From Macrostomum hystrix (Eukaryota; Animalia; Platyhelminthes), in NCBI GenBank assembly GCA_950097015.1, contig CATNEN010000038.1, positions 17,236,001-17,300,000 on the forward strand: a DNA stretch of 64,000 bases, in the 5' to 3' direction. The position numbers and the translations under genes are program-made. Below, one piece after another: positions 59,319 to 64,000 of this stretch. The notes under the pieces are model-generated. The model made no database searches. It was not told where the DNA came from and was given only the letters and a program-made list of their open reading frames with translations. Numbering within the stretch: position 1 is the stretch's first letter; the number at the start of each line of letters is the position of its first letter.

Positions 59319-62300
59319 GTCTAATGCATGTAGCTCTGATGAAAAGAATGAAAATAGTTTATTGATCAACAATTGCTTTGAGTTTGTTTTTATTGACAAA
59401 GTAAAGCAACCAGAAGAAAATGTCATAAAACTATGACAAACTTTAGAAACCTACAAATTACGGATAAATTTGTCAACTAAAGTCTGACAAAGATGACAAA
59501 TTCATAGGCCTATACCTATGAGTGAAATAGTAAACTAACTGACAGAAAGACTAGTACTATTCACAAAAAAAGTTTTATAGACTAAAGAACTATTTTTAAT
59601 TTTAATAGTTTTAGACTTAATTCAGGTTTATAATTGTTTGTTAGATTAATTTTTTTAATAAGCTCAACACTCAGCAAACCCTAGTTAGTGGCAATAAATT
59701 ATTTTGATTTGAATTGGCACCAAATCTTGTCCTTGTACAGTTCTTGTACAGTTGCAGTTTCAGGCTTGAAATTTGCACAATTGTATATGGTATTATAACT
59801 CATAGTTTTCTACACTTCAAGAAAGCTTTAATGTAAAATATACAGAGCTCAATACAGAATATTTTGTCTGAGTATTTGAATATTGAATATTTTATTTTCA
59901 TGAGTTAAAACTTATATAGTACAAGAACAGATTTCCTACTTAACTGCTGCTCAAAAACACTGATGGGCAGCCAGCAGAGGCATTTAATGGCCTCAAATAC
60001 AGAAACAAACAGTCAAAAAAATTGCATTGTGTTATTGGTGCTAGGCACTTGGCAACTAGGCTAAAGCAAACCATTATAAATTCTTCTTAATTCTAGACTA
60101 AAGCATGTATGTGCATCTTTGTTAAACATTTATTCCAAAGGAAGTATAAAAATACAAAACAAGTAAACAATCTAGCAGTTTAACATATAGTTGAAATTGT
60201 AGTAAAGTGAACTGTGTAGGCCTATTGAAGAAAAAAAACAATAGCCACAATTGTAGCTTAACTTGGAATCTTGAATCCCAGTATTCACACCTCACTGTAA
60301 ATTAAAGGTCTCCAAACTTTTTGCTTATGCTTTTAAAGGTTTTATTATGGCCTATCAGACTATAGTCCAGATCAAATAGTGAATTCCATAATTTTCTGGC
60401 ATGCATTTGAAAAGTTGGCATGCACTGGTATGCAAAAGCAATTATTTGGCATGGGCTGGCATGCAGGGTTGACAATGGCATGCATAGCAATGCACAAGTC
60501 CATTGTGCAGTGCTGTGGCATGTGCATATATCACATAGGCCCTATGTATGATGCACAGTTACCATAGAATACAAAAAATACAAATACTTATAAACAGTTC
60601 AAAGAAATATATATGTTAAATGCCTTAAGCAATGCATTGTGGATTGTTATATCTGCATTGATTAATTTTTCATGTAACTATTTAATGTCTAAAGTCAAAA
60701 TAATGTCATTTCTACTCAAGTAACTTAGTGAAAACACTGAATAAGTTAATAGGTATATTTAAAGAAATAATCATTCTTTATTTTTTTCAATATTCTCAGA
60801 CCTTATTTTTCCGTGTCTAGATCTGCAAAGCAGGGCTGCTGAGAACAATCTTTGATTTGCATGAACTCTTGTAGATTTTCCAGATTTAGTTAGTAGCACT
60901 TTGAAGTTAGGTCCTATTGTTTAGCACAATAATTCCCACCTTCAATTGGTTTTTAAAGTTTAGAATTTTGCACATAAGGTGGCATGCAAATAGTCATCAT
61001 GCAATATGTCTTGGTATGCATCTGCTTGGCATTGGCATGCAAAATAAAAAATCTGATATTGTCCTGGTATGCACCTAGCATCATCCAGACAATGGCCATC
61101 AGCATACAAAAACCATTACAGTGATCCAGATCCAGAAGATTAGCTACCAAGTTCTGATCAAATCACTATAACAAATTTAATTCATTACATTAGATTAGCT
61201 AGCTAATTAGGTTAGCTTATGTTTGGTTAGCTAGCTAGGTCATAAATAGAGTGATCTTATGAGGTCATAATTTATGACTTATAAATATAATATAAATATA
61301 AAAATAAATAAAAATATTATATAATATATATATAATAATATTATTATTATATAAATATAAATATAGATAAAAATATAAATATGACTTATGTAATAAAAAA
61401 TTTTTTTGAAACAATTGCTAGCTAGCTAATGATCTAGATGCATACATAAATACAAAATTAATATTGCGAAACGAACTGCAACGTTGATCATACTTCTTAC
61501 TACCATGTCCATAGGGATAGGCATAGAGTAGCGCGTAGCTAGACCTTGTTATATTTCGCATTTTTATAGAGCCCAGTTAGTAACACTTTCATCTCATTGA
61601 ACAAGTTTTTTTCGGAACGCTTTCTTAAATACTTAAATTAATAATAACTTCACAATGAGCCTAAGAATACAACTGATACTAACTACTGACATACGTAACA
61701 TCTCAGTCTAAGACTTAAACTCGCCAGACGTCATCTTAGAAAAATAGCACTTAAAATAGTGCGTTATAGTCAACAAAATGTTCTGTAAAAAACTTTTTCA
61801 TGTTTGCTGTTGTTGCTAGGCCCTAGATTCAAATTTCTAATGTTTTTTTTGCTGTCATGTTTAGCTTTTAGAGGTAGCAGTATCTGGGTAGTAGCAAGCT
61901 TTTTAGTTTGCAGCACCGTTGACTTCCAACGAAGCACTACTTCAGGGCTTCGAATTGTAGCTTGACCAATAGAATGACTGATGTATGGCCGATGAAATTA
62001 CACATGTCTAGACGACGTCCCGTCATGCTATTAGGAAGGACTACTAAACGACGCGTTTAATGTTTTCATAAGGAATTTGGCGTGGCGAACATGTTTCTGA
62101 AGGCTTCTAGCTTTTTTATAGGAGAGCCTTCGCAAAGAAGTTAACTTGCGGATAAGATCATGCATATTCAGATTTTTGTTGAGATAGTCACAGTAAAATG
62201 ATTTTTATCACCTAAAATCTCCTACAATTAAAAATTAGGCAGGTTATGTAACCAAATCGGCCATATTTGTTTGACAACAAAAAAACCTAAAAAATGCTTC

Positions 62301-62379
62301 CACTTTTTATAACTCTATTTTTAGACATAATATTTAAGACTCTATCCAGATTCAACAAAATAAACAGAGGGATAAATAA

Positions 62380-62620
62380 AAATTACACCCTAGCCCCTGG
62401 CTTGATCGAACTTAAACATCAAAAGGTTGCAGTGCTCGCAGCTTGTTCAGTCCATGGACGGGTCACACCGAACCGTAACTTCTTACCCACCTGATACGGG
62501 CCCCCATCTTACAGCGGGTAAGCAGAAGCCTCTATAGGACTCAAGAGTTTTTAAAGGACACAGGTTTTTCCGTTAGACTTGAATTCGAACCTCAGACCTC
62601 TAAGTTCAGAGGTCCAAAAT
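62380..62620 (-). mobile_element. Diverged tRNA-headed CORE-like SINE (related to family B)
   Basis: rc B-box GGTTCGAATTC, TGTGTCCTTT...CTGTAAGATGGGG, shared TCCATGGACTGAACA motif. Confidence 0.65.
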
Positions 62621-62646
62621 TGTCCAAACTGTCCGATTTGCCCGAC

Positions 62647-63993
62647 TCAAATCCTGGACGAAAGCCGTCGCAGTCCGCCACTGTCCTGGCTAGTATTCAA
62701 CAGCAGCGCGGAGCCGCTGATGTCGGACGTAGCCATTGTGCCGGCCTCGGAGAGGCGCTGCGCTCCGCTCCGGATTCTCTGCTTCAGCCGCATCCCGCCG
62801 CCGGCGAACTCCGTCATCCGGCGGGCCATGATGTTGCCACCGACGTTGCCGCTCAGATTGTTGACCGGACTGCGCTGTGACCGACCGCTGCTGAGTCTCG
62901 AGTGCGGCCTGGAACCCAGACGATACTCGCCGCCGTCGGCTAATATCGAAGCCATCGCCGCGGACGGCAGAGGCACGGCTGGTCGGCGAAAAGAGTCAGT
63001 CAGCTGCCATTCGTAGACACCGAAGATGCCGCTAATTAGGCGGGCCTGAAACACGCGTTAAGTTGCAAAGCCTGGTTCTTTAAATCCAATGGTTATTGTT
63101 CATTTTACTAGTAGTACTACTAAATACTCGCGACGGGAAACGGGCGATTTGTGCAGAAAAGTTTACGAGTCCGGTTTTTAAGTTTCCTTCTGGTCTCAAA
63201 TTTGCTCAAAGAAAATCAAAATTTTCCTTAAAATTAGCTCAAAATGTATGCCTATTTTATTGTTTGAAGGCAATTTTTATCGAGAATTATTAGGTCAATT
63301 TATTAGGAACAATTTAGAGGATATACCCCCAATTCTGCGAACTTTTTTATTTGGAAGAAAATTATCACTGGCATACTTGCTACTTAGTAGTCCCTGTATA
63401 CCATATCGCTCCGCTCCTTGATTTAGTGCTTTCGTCAGCCCAGCCTCCCCAAATTTTGTTTCCCAGGTCCCGAGCCGATTGGTTCCACGCAGCTTAACCC
63501 CTTCCCCGGCCCATATTAACCCAGCTATATGCGCTGTTCGCCTACCCTCGTGCCGCGCGCTGATTGGCTGGTAGATTTCGATTTCCAACACCCTCGCCCC
63601 CTCGTCTTGTTCCGATTGCAAAGTGACTTAATTTGACATGCAAGCCAAACGGTCTCTTACGGCGATTTCTGACACAACAGAAAACTGAATCAGCAACAGG
63701 GACTATACTAAAATAGGTTTATCAGATGAGGTCACCTGGCTAATCCTGCTATCGGCGGTGATGCCTCTGCGAAAGCTGCTTCGACTGCTGCGACTTCGGT
63801 TGCAGTCGTTCTGGTGCACCACTACCGACACTGATCGAACCATCGCCACCGGTGGCAGCTGAGACTCTGCAACTGCCTGCCCCTGATCCTCTTCATCGGG
63901 GTAGTCCTCCGGGTTCTGCTCCTGACCGGCAGAGGCGCCTCCGCTCTTCTGGAACAGCCTGGACAATGTCTCAAGGCGGCGAGACTCCCGCAC
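62647..63993 (-). CDS. 3' exons of an unidentified gene: join complement(63736..63993,62647..63045); continues beyond the window
   Basis: Two GC-rich ORFs joined by a phase-0 intron (cag|gtgacc ... tttcag|gcc); no family recognised. Confidence 0.6.
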
Positions 63994-64000
63994 CTGCTGA

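Noticed and set aside
63295-63700. 108-aa ORF and a CCAAT-rich GC island in an intron
   Set aside because: Non-ATG start and no recognisable domain; probably a repeat remnant, with ends that could not be defined

Overview
Eukaryotic (metazoan) genomic DNA with GT-AG introns and no prokaryotic systems. The very short intron, the minisatellite-filled long introns and the divergent proteins suggest a free-living flatworm such as Macrostomum (inference only). Ten protein-coding loci were assembled by hand from splice signals and remembered family motifs: CHMP1A (last exon), RAMAC/FAM103A1, METTL5, an unidentified 4-exon gene, FEM1B, TTC24 (CaaX end), MAP1/futsch, TAB2/3 (CUE-coiled coil-NZF, one GC-AG intron), an ARHGAP22/24/25-like PH-RhoGAP, and the 3' end of an unknown gene. 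Around them lie about 20 distinct minisatellite arrays (13-49 bp units), at least two tRNA-headed SINE families (one with a CORE-like domain), two MITEs with TIRs and TSDs nested in other repeats, and degenerate palindromic elements. The leading candidates for follow-up are: intronic satellites built from splice-signal motifs; a tandem array of Pol III B-boxes; a fixed-spacing CTAAAAATAGCAACA-N16-CCAATCA composite motif; SINE-donated splice and stop signals; and a possible trans-spliced operon CHMP1A-RAMAC-METTL5-geneX. No database search was run, so all family assignments come from recalled motifs.
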